A stretch of DNA of 63,267 bases, filler included, from Octopus bimaculoides (taxonomy: Eukaryota): NCBI RefSeq assembly GCF_001194135.2. It is 6 parts of 6 records of this genome, joined end to end, with 100 filler letters (N's around TTAATTAATTAA, not from the genome) between each part and the next. Parts side by side here need not be neighbours in the genome. Positions count along the whole stretch, not along the records: positions 46,147 to 56,695 come from NC_068992.1; positions 56,796 to 59,564 come from NC_068987.1; positions 59,665 to 63,267 come from NC_068983.1; 3 more parts are not named here. One strand, 5' to 3'. A program made the position numbers and the translations under genes. Below, piece by piece: positions 52,081 through 63,267 of this stretch. How positions within the stretch are numbered: position 1 is the first letter of the stretch; every line of letters starts with the position of its first letter. A model generated the notes under the pieces. That model was given only the letters and a program-made list of their open reading frames with translations. It made no database searches and was not told the DNA's origin.

Positions 52081-52284
52081 TAAGTTGGTGGTGGATACTG
52101 GAAGTTTACATTCTATGTTTATATTCCATATATTTCACAAGGATTGACTATTTAGAATCATTCATCTGGTGGGCTCATTAAAATAATTACCCTTAGTATA
52201 CCATGGTTGGTTCAAATAATGATTATCTCTACTTTGTTGGCTTTGTACTAAAATTAACTAAAATATAGAATAATTTAAAGTAGC

Positions 52285-52335
52285 TTTGATGCAACTGCTG
52301 GAATTAAGCTCAGTTCAACATTTGCTAAATTTGTC
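52285..52335 (+). pseudogene. GAPDH: Partial duplicate of the 3' part of the GAPDH exon
   Basis: Reads FDATAGIKLSSTFAKFV; 42/51 nt identical by my count to 52024-52074 (261 bp upstream). Homology is lost on both sides and there is no donor site. Confidence 0.8.
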
Positions 52336-53399
52336 ATGATGATTTATGTTCCTTCGCTATGCTAATTTTGTTGCTGCTTTACATTTATCATTCATCTTTT
52401 CGAATTTGATAAACGTAAGTATTGAGATACTGGGGCAATTTAATCAACTATACTTTCCCTGAAAAAGTTTTCGACTTGTGTTGATTTAAAAAAAAAAAAG
52501 GTCTTTTCATTTCACTGTAGCCTGCCTTTGAACACTTTTGTGACAAAAACATAAAAATCTAATGAAGAACTACGGTATTTATTTGAGTAAACGCTGAGCT
52601 TGAAGATAAATTTTGTCCGTTTTCTTTTACTACTTCGCATTCCATCGTTCGTTGTATGCTTGAAAAGAAGTAAAATTAATTGAAATTTCAAAAACGATAA
52701 AGGAAGAACAGAGCTCCAAAAACTCTCCTTAAAATACTCCAATAAATATATTTTCGTGTTCATTCGATTAACATTGAAAAAGATTAAAATAAATGGGAAA
52801 AACCCTCCAACGAATTTATCTGACAACCCCATAAAATGTAACTCCCTCTTGTTGCAACTAAAAATCAGTATCTTTCATCCTCCTATACAATGCGATCTTC
52901 ATTGTGTATCTACAAAATTTGTTCATTACTAACATCAGCGGTTATGTAAAATTTATGGTTTAAACTGATTCTTTGACGAAAAGAACCACTTTTAAATAAC
53001 AATGCATTTAACGACAGGCTACAAATATGTTAACAAAACTACCGATTGCGATAGGTTGTGTTCACTACACATCAGTGTTTCATTGGCCCAGAAAATGAAA
53101 TGCAAATATTAGTTGTTAGAACTCTTAAATATATTACCTTCTCTTAAATTTCTGTTCTACTCCCTCTATCTAAATCTTCCAATCTTGTTATACTTTAGAG
53201 ATTTTGATAAAAAAGCGGTTATTTCAGTATAAAAATTGTAAAAATGATATAGCTATTGTATAAATTTAGATGGAATTTTGTTGACAGGATGTAATGATTG
53301 TTGGTGTGTATTATGAATGTGGTTTTTACTAGGTGTCATATCATTTTCGACTACTTAGGTAGGTTGAATGCAGCTGAGGTGAAAAGATGTCATATTTTC

Positions 53400-53640
53400 T
53401 TCTCATATTTTCAACACGTCAATTCCTGAGCATCGATTTCCATTCTCCATGCGTTTCTATAACTTGAAAGCTGCACAACTCCCATCAGAGAAAACCATTC
53501 CAAGATATGCCTTCATCTAATCTAGTGATGTAAGATAGATGGCGTTGCCCTATTGATGCACACATCTTGAGGTTTCATCGTTCATCTTGGCAAACACTTG
53601 TTCAGGAAAAATTTGAAGAAAATATTCAACAATTTATAGA
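53400..53640 (-). mobile_element. piggyBac-like transposase fragment
   Basis: Minus strand reads VEYFLQIFPEQVFAKMNDETSRCVHQ*GNAIYLTSLD*MKAYLGMV, resembling the PGBD F..F......I..ETN.Y..Q......E.KAFLG motif. Confidence 0.5.
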
Positions 53641-54170
53641 ACCCACCTTGCTAACAAAATCATCAATGCAATGACTAACTTCATGATCACTCTACTCTCT
53701 CTCTCAACTTGGTCATCATTGATCGATGAATTCGAATATATATTCCCGACAGACTCACTTAGACAGCAAGTAAGTACAAATGACAATGTAACACCCTCTA
53801 ATTATGTTATCGAACCCATGCACTCTTTCTATAATTAACTCATTAATATCACCAAATTATAATACAAGATTTGTGTTATCTATCAGGATGCTCAGAAATT
53901 AAAGAAAGCAAATAACGTAATCCGAAGAGACTCACGGATTAAAAGCAATTTATAAATGCATGGGATGTGAAGAGAAAACCTTTCGAAATGAAGTTCTTTC
54001 TAGATTGAAATTAAACTTCTCTTGCAAAGAAACGGAATAATTACTGGTTTTTTTTTTTGATACAAACAAGGACATTATTCCAACTGCAGTTGCTTGCTTT
54101 ACAGGACTTGTATTCACTACGCATGCACCATTTCGTGGCTACAGATAAATATATTTGTACATAAATCGTA

Positions 54171-54222
<52 letters not shown>

Positions 54223-54235
54223 GTCTGTCTGTCTA

Positions 54236-54326
<91 letters not shown>

Positions 54327-54458
54327 ATACGTGTGCATGAGTGCGAGCGCGAGATACATTTAACTAAGCTTGTTCACTATCGAACAGATGAATAAGAGTT
54401 AATTTGACAAGAATGCTCTCTAACATTTTAATAATAAAAAAAATATATTTTTTTACCT

Positions 54459-54620
54459 GTATTTTTCCATTCTGGTTACAGCTGTAGATTGGTTGATCTT
54501 CTCTACCATGTGCAGATATTCGATAAACCTTTAAAGATGTTGAATTCTTTTTTCAGCAGACATGTAAATATTCTAATCTCTTATAAATCAGTATACCACC
54601 TTCCCGAGATGTTTTCTTAA
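54459..54620 (+). pseudogene. GAPDH: Decayed or shifted GAPDH terminal exon
   Basis: 54474 onward reads GYSCRLVDLLYHVQIFDK, matching GAPDH GYSxRVVDL..H. The preceding WYDNE codons and their acceptor are not intact (ct-gtat-ttttccat). The frame stays open to TAA at 54618-54620. Confidence 0.65.
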
Positions 54621-54884
54621 ACCGATGGAGACTGTTGATGCCTACACAAAATAAATTCGATAAACGATAAGATCCAAATATCTTTTATTTGTTGCTATTC
54701 TTCATCTTCGTTGCTGTTCACCTCCACTACATTGTTCCATTTTGACACAATTTCAATCAGCCGATGTTATGGGAGTTATTCGCCTTCCCTGATTTTACAT
54801 TCTAAATTCAGCCAGCAGGTGAACTTTTGTCTACTACTTACGTGTGCAATCACAGTTGGTTTAAATTTTCAAACTCACTATATT

Positions 54885-55280
54885 ACAACTAACCGTTTGA
54901 GAAATTTTGATCAAGTGTCCTATGAGGAAATTCGATCAATTTGCCATTTGTTGGAAAATTCGATGAATGAACACTTTAGTAAATTCGAAGAATAGAGCGT
55001 TTGAAGAAAATTCTATCAACAGGTTATTTTATGCAATTCGATCAGTTGTCCATTCGGGGAAATTCGATCAACTGACCGTTTGATAAATTTTGATCAACTG
55101 ACTTCCGATGAATTTCGATTAACAAACGGTTGTGAGAAAATTGATCAATTAACTATCCAATCAGCTATTCAATCGGATAGCTGATTTGATCATTTGATCT
55201 TTTGGGGAAATTCGATCTACGGATCGTTTTAAGGAATTCAATCAATGATTTATCAGGAAATTCGACGAACTGACCGTTTT
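54885..55280. repeat. Degenerate 25-27-bp tandem repeat array (about 14 units)
   Basis: Recurrent core gaaattcgatcaac(t)gaccgttt. Confidence 0.8.
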
Positions 55281-56314
55281 TCGCTGCAGTATCGAATTTT
55301 CATAAATGAATATTTCATTTTCAACAAGGAGTATTCCAGTTGTTCAAGAAGAAGAAAAAGAAGAAGAATGAGAAGAACGAGGAGAGAAATGAGAAGCAGA
55401 AAGACGGAGGAAAAGAAAAGGAAAAGGAGGAGAAGAAGGAAAACGGGAGGAAGAAGAAAGCGAACAAGATGGAGTTGAAGAAAGTGGTGAAGAAGAAAGA
55501 ATATTCCAAGGCAAATTCTTATATTAGAGTTGATAAATATGTAACTGGATGACAAAACGGAAACTAATATTACACAGATTTCGATAAAAATAATGAAAAA
55601 GATATTGGACTGACCTAATAGATTTTTAACGTAGTTTACAGTTTAATATAAATAAACAACCATTGTCATACAATGAAGATGATGCAGAACTCAAAAGTAA
55701 TAATGGATTCAATTAAGAAAACTGCTTGTAATTGTGATTTTCCGTAAATTTTATTGCAAACGATCGAAAATACGTACAAAAAGAAGGAAAAAAAAATCTA
55801 TTTGTGCTGTTGAAGTTTCATTACTTTTCCGAGGAAATTTGTGTTTGTAATTTTTCTTTTCTAAAATGTGAATTAGTTGATTGTTCGCCAACAATGTTTC
55901 TTGATTTGCTAGAATTAGAAATGACAACAGCAGAGAGTGTGAATGTGTATGTGTGTGTGTATGTGTGTGTGTGTGTGTGTGTGCGCGCGTTTGTGTGTGT
56001 GTGTTTGTGTGTATATGAGATATTACAATGAATGTAAAACGACAAAGCGTTTGAACACACACACACACGTGTATACTCGCATACTTACACAAATGTACGA
56101 CGTGTATTCCTGAAGTTTTGAGACTTATTTGGGAGAGGTAGTTATATCAGTTCCAGATTATTGTAATTTTAGTATATCATGATTATACACCCAATAAGCT
56201 AACCTGTCAACTTTGGTTATTCCAGTTTGAAGGAGACGGCCGTAACAGCATTTTGAACACACCCTACTAAACACGCTTGTCACAGCTAAGTTGTTTGCAG
56301 AATGCTGTTAGCGC

Positions 56315-56630
56315 ATGAAGACAATTTAGAAGCTCGCTATTCAATAAAGTTTTGTGTTAAACGGGGAAAAAAACGTTACAGGAATTTATGAAAGATTCCA
56401 GACTGCTTGTGAATTAATTTGTATGAGCCGAACATCTTTTTTTCGCTGGTACAAGGGGTAGGCAAAGTAAGTCCACTGGGAAGTTTATGATCTCCTTTTT
56501 CGACAGCAAGGGCATTATCTGTATCTACTGGGCTCCTCAAGTCAGACGACAAACGAAGAGTATTTGGTGAAGGTTTTGAGGGAGTTCAAGAAGGGATTTC
56601 GACGCACCAGGACAACGCTGCAGTCCACAA
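56315..56630 (+). mobile_element. Internally deleted mariner relic
   Basis: EARYSIKFCVKRGK...FFRWYK, KSTGKFMISFFDSKGII, HQDNAAVH. Confidence 0.8.
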
Positions 56631-56660
56631 CTTATACTTATTTGTCCAAATTATTTATTA

Positions 56661-56695
<35 letters not shown>

Positions 56696-56795
56696 NNNNN
56701 NNNNNNNNNNNNNNNNNNNNNNNNNNNNNNNNNNNNNNNTTAATTAATTAANNNNNNNNNNNNNNNNNNNNNNNNNNNNNNNNNNNNNNNNNNNN

Positions 56796-57430
56796 AGAAT
56801 CAAGGTTCATGAACTCATCAATGAAAATCCACTGTCACATATAGAAAAATTAATAATTAAAAGCACAATAAATGAGTATAATATAATACAAAGTAAATAT
56901 CATAAGATAAAGATAATAAAATGACTACACGTGTTTCATAACTAATTTTCAAATAGAAAGGACATTTAAATAGATTAAAATCAATTAAAATTATCGAAAA
57001 TAAATTCTATTCAAAAATACACCTAATCGTCAGGTCTAAATACAACAATAATAATAATAAATAAATGTATATATCAACCAAAAATAAGTACCAAATGAAT
57101 TTATATAAAATACTTATTTTAAAAAGATAGAAAAATTATTAAAAAAATCAAAATAATAAACATTCCATAATCATCCCTACATCCATTATAATATATGCCA
57201 ACATGTATATTATATACAAAAACCAGCTTACATAAATTATTATCGTTTTAAATACAATTTGAACAAAGTTTATGGTTAAAATAATAATAAAGATAATAGT
57301 ACATATTTAACATATTTATCTTATGATATTTACTTTCTATTATATTATGCTCATTTATTGTGCTTTTAATTATTAATTTTTCTATATGTGACATTGGATT
57401 TTCGTTGATGAGTTCATGAACCTTGATTCT
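56796..57430. repeat. About 116-bp inverted repeat pair enclosing about 400 bp
   Basis: 56796-56911 is the reverse complement of 57315-57430 with only a few mismatches. Confidence 0.9.
56923..57036 (-). ncRNA. Minimal dimer-type hammerhead-like motif with long stem II
   Basis: Minus strand: gac CTGACGA [89 nt with ttttgaatagaa / ttctatttgaaaa pairing] GAA ACACGTGT A gtc. Palindromic stem III and GUA triplet. Confidence 0.55.
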
Positions 57431-57450
57431 TTTCCCTAAAACTATATATT

Positions 57451-57488
<38 letters not shown>

Positions 57489-58396
57489 CTTTAAAAACCA
57501 AGGGAAATAAACCATTCGCCCCTGGAGTGGACCTTTATATATAGCCAAGGGAAATAACCCATTCATTTTCTTAAATCATTTGGTAAACATGAAATTAAGC
57601 ATACTTATTTCTTAGTATTTGAACTGTTAGAGTTATTTTCGCAATTTTTCCATGACAACGCTTAAACACGTAAATAGTATTTTCCTAAACAATATATCCA
57701 CTTATTTCAGTTAGTGACTTATTCATGAATATACCAACACTAGCGCCCCTGAGGGTAATATCTTCTGGGAACGTACAAAAGCCCTATTGAGAGTTATTTA
57801 CTTTGAATTATTATTATTTCATATCTGATTAGCCCGTTATTACGTAACATACATCACGATTTTAATATACATACCTCATTATTTTTTATACTCTGGGAAC
57901 GTGTTAAAGCTCTTGAGTTCGAAATAAGGAGTTATTGAGAAAAATGCAGTAATAGGGGATATAGAGGGTAATAAGAGAATGAAAGTAGAAAACATTGTAC
58001 TACACTGTTTTATATTTTATTTCTACTTTCATTCTCTTACTTCCCTCTGTATTCACTATATCCTCCGTTTCCGCAATGATTCTTTATCGTAGACTTTTGG
58101 TTGTTCCTACCGATTAATGTTCCTGGTATGCTTGCTACATTTATGTAAATGTTTTCCGTGCGTCAGTGAAATAGGGTAATGTAGAGTATTTAAACTTGCC
58201 TGAACATTACCGTTTAAATTTTATATGTATACGTGAACAGATGGGTACATAATTTAAAACTCACTATGTAGTAAGTCATTTACTAGTACCACTTACCACC
58301 GATTTAAAGAATTAAGATTGATCACATTAGTTTCAAGTCGTTTACGAAATAACGTGAGAATGAATTCGAGTTATTTTCTATAATGTGTTGACTAAG

Positions 58397-58615
58397 GGGA
58401 GCGACATGGCAGAAACGTTAGCACGCCGGGCAAAATGCCTAACAGTATTTCCTCTGCCGTTACGTTCTGAGTTCAAATTCCGCCGAGGTCGATTTTGACT
58501 TTCATCCTTTCGAGGTCAATTAAATAAGTACTGGTGTCGATGTAATCGACTCAATCCACTTGTCGGCCCTTGTTTGTCCCCTCTATGTTTATCCTCCCGT
58601 GGGTAATAAAGAAAT
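58397..58615 (+). mobile_element. Copy of the second SINE family
   Basis: ggcagaaacgttagcacgccgggcaaaatgcctaac...gagttcaaattccgccgaggtcg...gtgggtaataaagaaata. Confidence 0.85.
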
Positions 58616-58693
58616 AAATGTAGTATACGCATATACATACATATTTTATGTGTGTATATATACTTATACCCCACACACACACACATATACATA

Positions 58694-58728
<35 letters not shown>

Positions 58729-59689
58729 NNNNNNNNNNNNNNNNNNNNNNNNNNNNNNNNNNNNNNNNNNNNNNNNNNNNNNNNNNNNNNNNNNNNNNNN
58801 NNNNNNNNNNNNNNNNNNNNNNNNNNNNNNNNNNNNNNNNNNNNNNNNNNNNNNNNNNNNNNNNNNNNNNNNNNNNNNNNNNNNNNNNNNNNNNNNNNNN
58901 NNNNNNNNNNNNNNNNNNNNNNNNNNNNNNNNNNNNNNNNNNNNNNNNNNNNNNNNNNNNNNTATATACAAGAGTTACGGAATGAAGTAGGGAAGATCCG
59001 TGCGTGTGTGTGGGTAGGAATGTGAGGGCGAGGATGCGAATGTGTACGTATGTAGATGTAGGTATGTGTGCGCATGTATAATGTTTAACTTTGTTTTAGT
59101 TTGAATTTTGTTCTCCTCTTTCTCCTCTACCCACTCCTCCATTCAATTATTGTCTCCTAGATATATACCTAATTACTGCTTGTATATAATAATGCCTCAT
59201 AGAGTATCCACTATGCATGGCGCCATCTGATTTCACTCAGACATAAGAAAAGGTATTGGAAATTTGTGCTGTCCTCTTTATTTTCTTTTCATTAAAATTT
59301 CAATTGCATTCGAGAAAATTCGGTTTAGCATTTCCCCATTGCAATTGGATGCCACCCATATTAGTTTTATAACTAGTGATTATGTTACCATAAGACCATA
59401 TTTAGTCGATAAAACTGGCGTCGTATATACATGCTCACAAAATGCACACAGGCACATACACTCACACACTCAGCAAACTGATATACATACACATATGCCC
59501 ATATATATATATGCACATACATAAATTAATATGTATAATATATAAATATGTATATATATATATANNNNNNNNNNNNNNNNNNNNNNNNNNNNNNNNNNNN
59601 NNNNNNNNTTAATTAATTAANNNNNNNNNNNNNNNNNNNNNNNNNNNNNNNNNNNNNNNNNNNNTATATATATATATATATATATATGT

Positions 59690-60095
59690 GGGCGCAGGAG
59701 TGGCTGAGTGGCTTGCTTACCAGCCACATGGTTCCGGATTCAGCCCCACTGTGTGGCATCTTGGGCAGGTGTCTTCTACTATAGCCTCAGGCTGACCAAA
59801 GCCTTGTAAGCGGATTTGGTAGAGGGAAACTGAAAGAAGCATGTCGTATATATGTATATATATTTATATGTATGTGTGTGTACATGTTTGTGTGTCTGTG
59901 TTTGTCCCCCCAAAATCGCTTGACAACTGATGCAGGTTTGTTGCGTCCCGTTACATAGCGGTTCGGCCTAAGAGCCCGATACTACTAGGCTTACAAAGAA
60001 TAAGTCCTGGGGTCGATTTGCTCGACTAAATGTGGTGCTCCAACCTGGCCGCCGTCAAATGACTGAACCAAACAAAAGAGTAAAACAGAGTAAAG
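59690..60095 (+). mobile_element. Near full-length third tRNA-derived SINE family (head + central microsatellite + tail)
   Basis: gcgcaggagtggctg...ggttccggattcagccccac...gaaactgaaagaagc..(TA/TG)n..gcttgacaac...ctaggcttacaaagaataagtcctggggtcgatttgctcgactaaa...gtaaaacagag. Pieces also at about 5020-5130, 9683-9800, 15450-15600, 18620-18785, 21283-21362, 28370-28430, 43940-44100, 48470-48556 and 49390-49557. Confidence 0.88.
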
Positions 60096-60140
60096 AGTAT
60101 ATGTACACACACAAACATGCATACACTCACACACACACAA

Positions 60141-60172
<32 letters not shown>

Positions 60173-61132
60173 ATAAACATACATATATAGTTTCATATAT
60201 ATAACTAAATATACAAAAATAAGAGGGATGACCAGCAAAAGTGGACTCCTATATATGTAGGAGTCCACTTTTNNNNNNNNNNNNNNNNNNNNNNNNNNNN
60301 NNNNNNNNNNNNNNNNNNNNNNNNNNNNNNNNNNNNNNNNNNNNNNNNNNNNNNNNNNNNNNNNNNNNNNNNNNNNNNNNNNNNNNNNNNNNNNNNNNNN
60401 NNNNNNNNNNNNNNNNNNNNNNNNNNNNNNNNNNNNNNNNNNNNNNNNNNNNNNNNNNNNNNNNNNNNNNNNNNNNNNNNNNNNNNNNNNNNNNNNNNNN
60501 NNNNNNNNNNNNNNNNNNNNNNNNNNNNNNNNNNNNNNNNNNNNNNNNNNNNNNNNNNNNNNNNNNNNNNNNNNNNNNNNNNNNNNNNNNNNNNNNNNNN
60601 NNNNNNNNNNNNNNNNNNNNNNNNNNNNNNNNNNNNNNNNNNNNNNNNNNNNNNNNNNNNNNNNNNNNNNNNNNNNNNNNNNNNNNNNNNNNNNNNNNNN
60701 NNNNNNNNNNNNNNNNNNNNNNNNNNNNNNNNNNNNNNNNNNNNNNNNNNNNNNNNNNNNNNNNNNNNNNNNNNNNNNNNNNNNNNNNNNNNNNNNNNNN
60801 NNNNNNNNNNNNNNNNNNNNNNNNNNNNNNNNNNNNNNNNNNNNNNNNNNNNNNNNNNNNNNNNNNNNNNNNNNNNNNNNNNNNNNNNNNNNNNNNNNNN
60901 NNNNNNNNNNNNNNNNNNNNNNNNNNNNNNNNNNNNNNNNNNNNNNNNNNNNNNNNNNNNNNNNNNNNNNNNNNNNNNNNNNNNNNNNNNNNNNNNNNNN
61001 NNNNNNNNNNNNNNNNNNNNNNNNNNNNNNNNNNNNNNNNNNNNNNNNNNNNNNNNNNNNNNNNNNNNNNNNNNNNNNNNNNNNNNNNNNNNNNNNNNNN
61101 NNNNNNNNNNNNNNNNNNNNNNNNNNNNNNNN

Positions 61133-61172
<40 letters not shown>

Positions 61173-61864
61173 ATAGATAGATAGATAGATCATTTACCGT
61201 GATTTTGTGCTTGTTCTGCACCCACGAGCAATAAGGTGTTCAAATGCTGAATCTTTGCAATAATTCGAGGAAATCCTTAATCATTACCAGAAACGATTAT
61301 TGTGTGTTGCTTATAACATTTGTATATGATGCACTTTGCATCTCTCCTATTCACAATCTTTCTTACAATATACTTGAGCATTATATTTCTAAACGTTGCT
61401 GCCTCAAACCAGCGGAACATAATTGATTAACAATTTACATTAGCGTATTTAGTATTGTGCTTCCCCATCCTTTCTTCTAATCCAATTATTTCAACACTCT
61501 CTTACCTTTCTGTAAAGCCGATCCTTTTCCCTACAAATATTCTCATTGTTTGGGAATATGAATTTGTTTGACTTAGAAGGTGTGAGTGTGTTTATTCTTA
61601 CTATTTTTTATCTCATGATTTTGTGCCACCTGATGCCGATTATGGCATTGAAATATCAAATATATTTGGTAAAGTCCTGACAATTTAACGCTCATTAAGT
61701 TTCATTGCACCTGTATATTTTGAAAAAAAAAAAAGCATGCGCCGGAAAGCAATTTCTGGACAGTAGTTTTGCTCCTCGCATATCTCTAGTCAAATATGTG
61801 AAATCATTACAGAAAATACATGTCATTTCATTATTATTCGTTACTGTTTCAACTTGTTATTACA

Positions 61865-61946
61865 ATGGACGGTATTACGAATGGAGAATTATTAGGTTTA
61901 TGTGCCCGGTGGAATGTAGGCCTGCATGTTATACATCTCACAGGTA
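61865..61946 (+). CDS. Candidate first coding exon of an unidentified gene
   Basis: acaATGG Kozak context; MDGITNGELLGLCARWNVGLHVIHLTG; donor GTAAGC at 61947 (or GTAGTA at 61944), both phase 1; gcatgcgccggaaag (NRF1/ETS-like) about 125 bp upstream. No homolog recognised. Confidence 0.3.
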
Positions 61947-62831
61947 GTAAGCTAAGGATCCAGTTTTTGGTGAGTTAAACTGAAACTCATTAATTTTACT
62001 CTCCAATAAGTAGATCTCAGGTTTTGAGTTAAGGAAACACGCATCCGAAGAAAACAAATCCCGAAAAAAGGATACCCATAACGTTTAGATAAGCTATCAA
62101 CCTCGACTGGTAAATAATTTGAAATAACGAAGTCTGAAGCTGAGTCAGAGAGCCCGAGGAAATAACATAACGATTCTTAGACGACGCGTTAGACAATTCG
62201 TCAATGGAAGAGATATCTATAAATAAGTACACACACACACNNNNNNNNNNNNNNNNNNNNNNNNNNNNNNNNNNNNNNNNNNNNNNNNNNNNNNNNNNNN
62301 NNNNNNNNNNNNNNNNNNNNNNNNNNNNNNNNNNNNNNNNNNNNNNNNNNNNNNNNNNNNNNNNNNNNNNNNNNNNNNNNNNNNNNNNNNNNNNNNNNNN
62401 NNNNNNNNNNNNNNNNNNNNNNNNNNNNNNNNNNNNNNNNNNNNNNNNNNNNNNNNNNNNNNNNNNNNNNNNNNNNNNNNNNNNNNNNNNNNNNNNNNNN
62501 NNNNNNNNNNNNNNNNNNNNNNNNNNNNNNNNNNNNNNNNNNNNNNNNNNNNNNNNNNNNNNNNNNNNNNNNNNNNNNNNNNNNNNNNNNNNNNNNNNNN
62601 NNNNNNNNNNNNNNNNNNNNNNNNNNNNNNNNNNNNNNNNNNNNNNNNNNNNNNNNNNNNNNNNNTATTAGGTTGTTTCACATGAAATATCGTATTTTAA
62701 ATTGGTTTTTTATGAGTCATATATAAATGGATTGTTAATGAGTTACTACGTATATGCTTGTGTTCACTTCCCACCCTTTTTCGTTCCAGACGATACTATT
62801 ATTCAAAACTGCTACTCACAACTCTTATAAC

Positions 62832-63170
62832 AATGTTGACAACTGATCAATACCGAGTGATTTTCTTGTACGATTACAAGTTGGGTCACTCTGCCACAGA
62901 AGTTCTACGAAACATCAAGAGGGTTTTTCATAACGATTCTGTTGGCGTTAGAACTATTCAGAGATAGTTCCAAAGATTTCGTTCAGGAATTGAAAGGCTT
63001 AAAATTAAACCAAGAAGGAGATCAAATATTCGGTATGATGTCCTGAATGTTTTGGTTAAACGAAATCCGCAAAACCATGGTGTGAAAAATCGGATCAGAG
63101 TTCCAGATATCTCCCGTAACTGCTTCTCCACATTTGACGAAAATTGAAAAAGGCAAAAAGATGGATAGGT
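62832..63170 (+). mobile_element. Mariner transposase N-terminal relic
   Basis: MLTTDQYRVIFLYDYKLGHSATEVLRNIKRVFHNDSVGVRTIQR*FQRFRSG. Confidence 0.8.
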
Positions 63171-63267
63171 TTCTCTGTTCTTTCCTGTAGAAGAGTGCAG
63201 GTTCGGAAGGTTAAAGACTTTTTCACTTCCGTAGCGTTAAGCTAATATGTCTGTTTGTTGCCTACAC

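Noticed and set aside
53330-53365. tag|gtgtcatatcattttcgactacttag|gtaggt as a GAPDH microexon
   Set aside because: 26 nt, wrong phase, and the peptide does not resemble YDNExGYS.
54885-55280. CRISPR array
   Set aside because: Eukaryotic context, degenerate contiguous units, no unique spacers of constant length, no cas genes.

Overview
This is AT-rich, repeat-dominated animal genomic DNA from a gapped short-read assembly. The SINE families, dense microsatellites and TE fragments point to an octopus, probably Octopus bimaculoides-like; this is inferred from repeat content only. Nearly every ORF in the supplied track is spurious, running through N gaps or microsatellites. The only confident cellular coding sequence is one 182-nt GAPDH exon on the + strand (51898-52079) with good splice sites. 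It is followed by a partial duplicate of itself and a decayed terminal exon that lacks the YDNE motif. I found no other GAPDH exon in the window. The rest is tRNA-derived SINEs plus decayed TEs: Penelope-like elements, RTE and restriction-endonuclease LINEs, a FLYWCH-MULE transposase, several mariner relics and MITEs, and a piggyBac-like piece. Manual folding found about seven hammerhead-ribozyme-like motifs. One is a near-intact type I hammerhead inside a ~339-bp terminally redundant unit (retrozyme or Penelope pseudo-LTR like, 22792-23205). Several others have palindromic, dimer-type stem III, three of them with long stem II inserts. Positions 0.9-21 kb hold several CpG-rich, motif-dense islands (four-E-box cluster, YY1/GC-box promoter, octamer/ETS promoter) that look regulatory. 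A possible first coding exon lies near 61.9 kb. TE and SINE boundaries are approximate, to within tens of bp.
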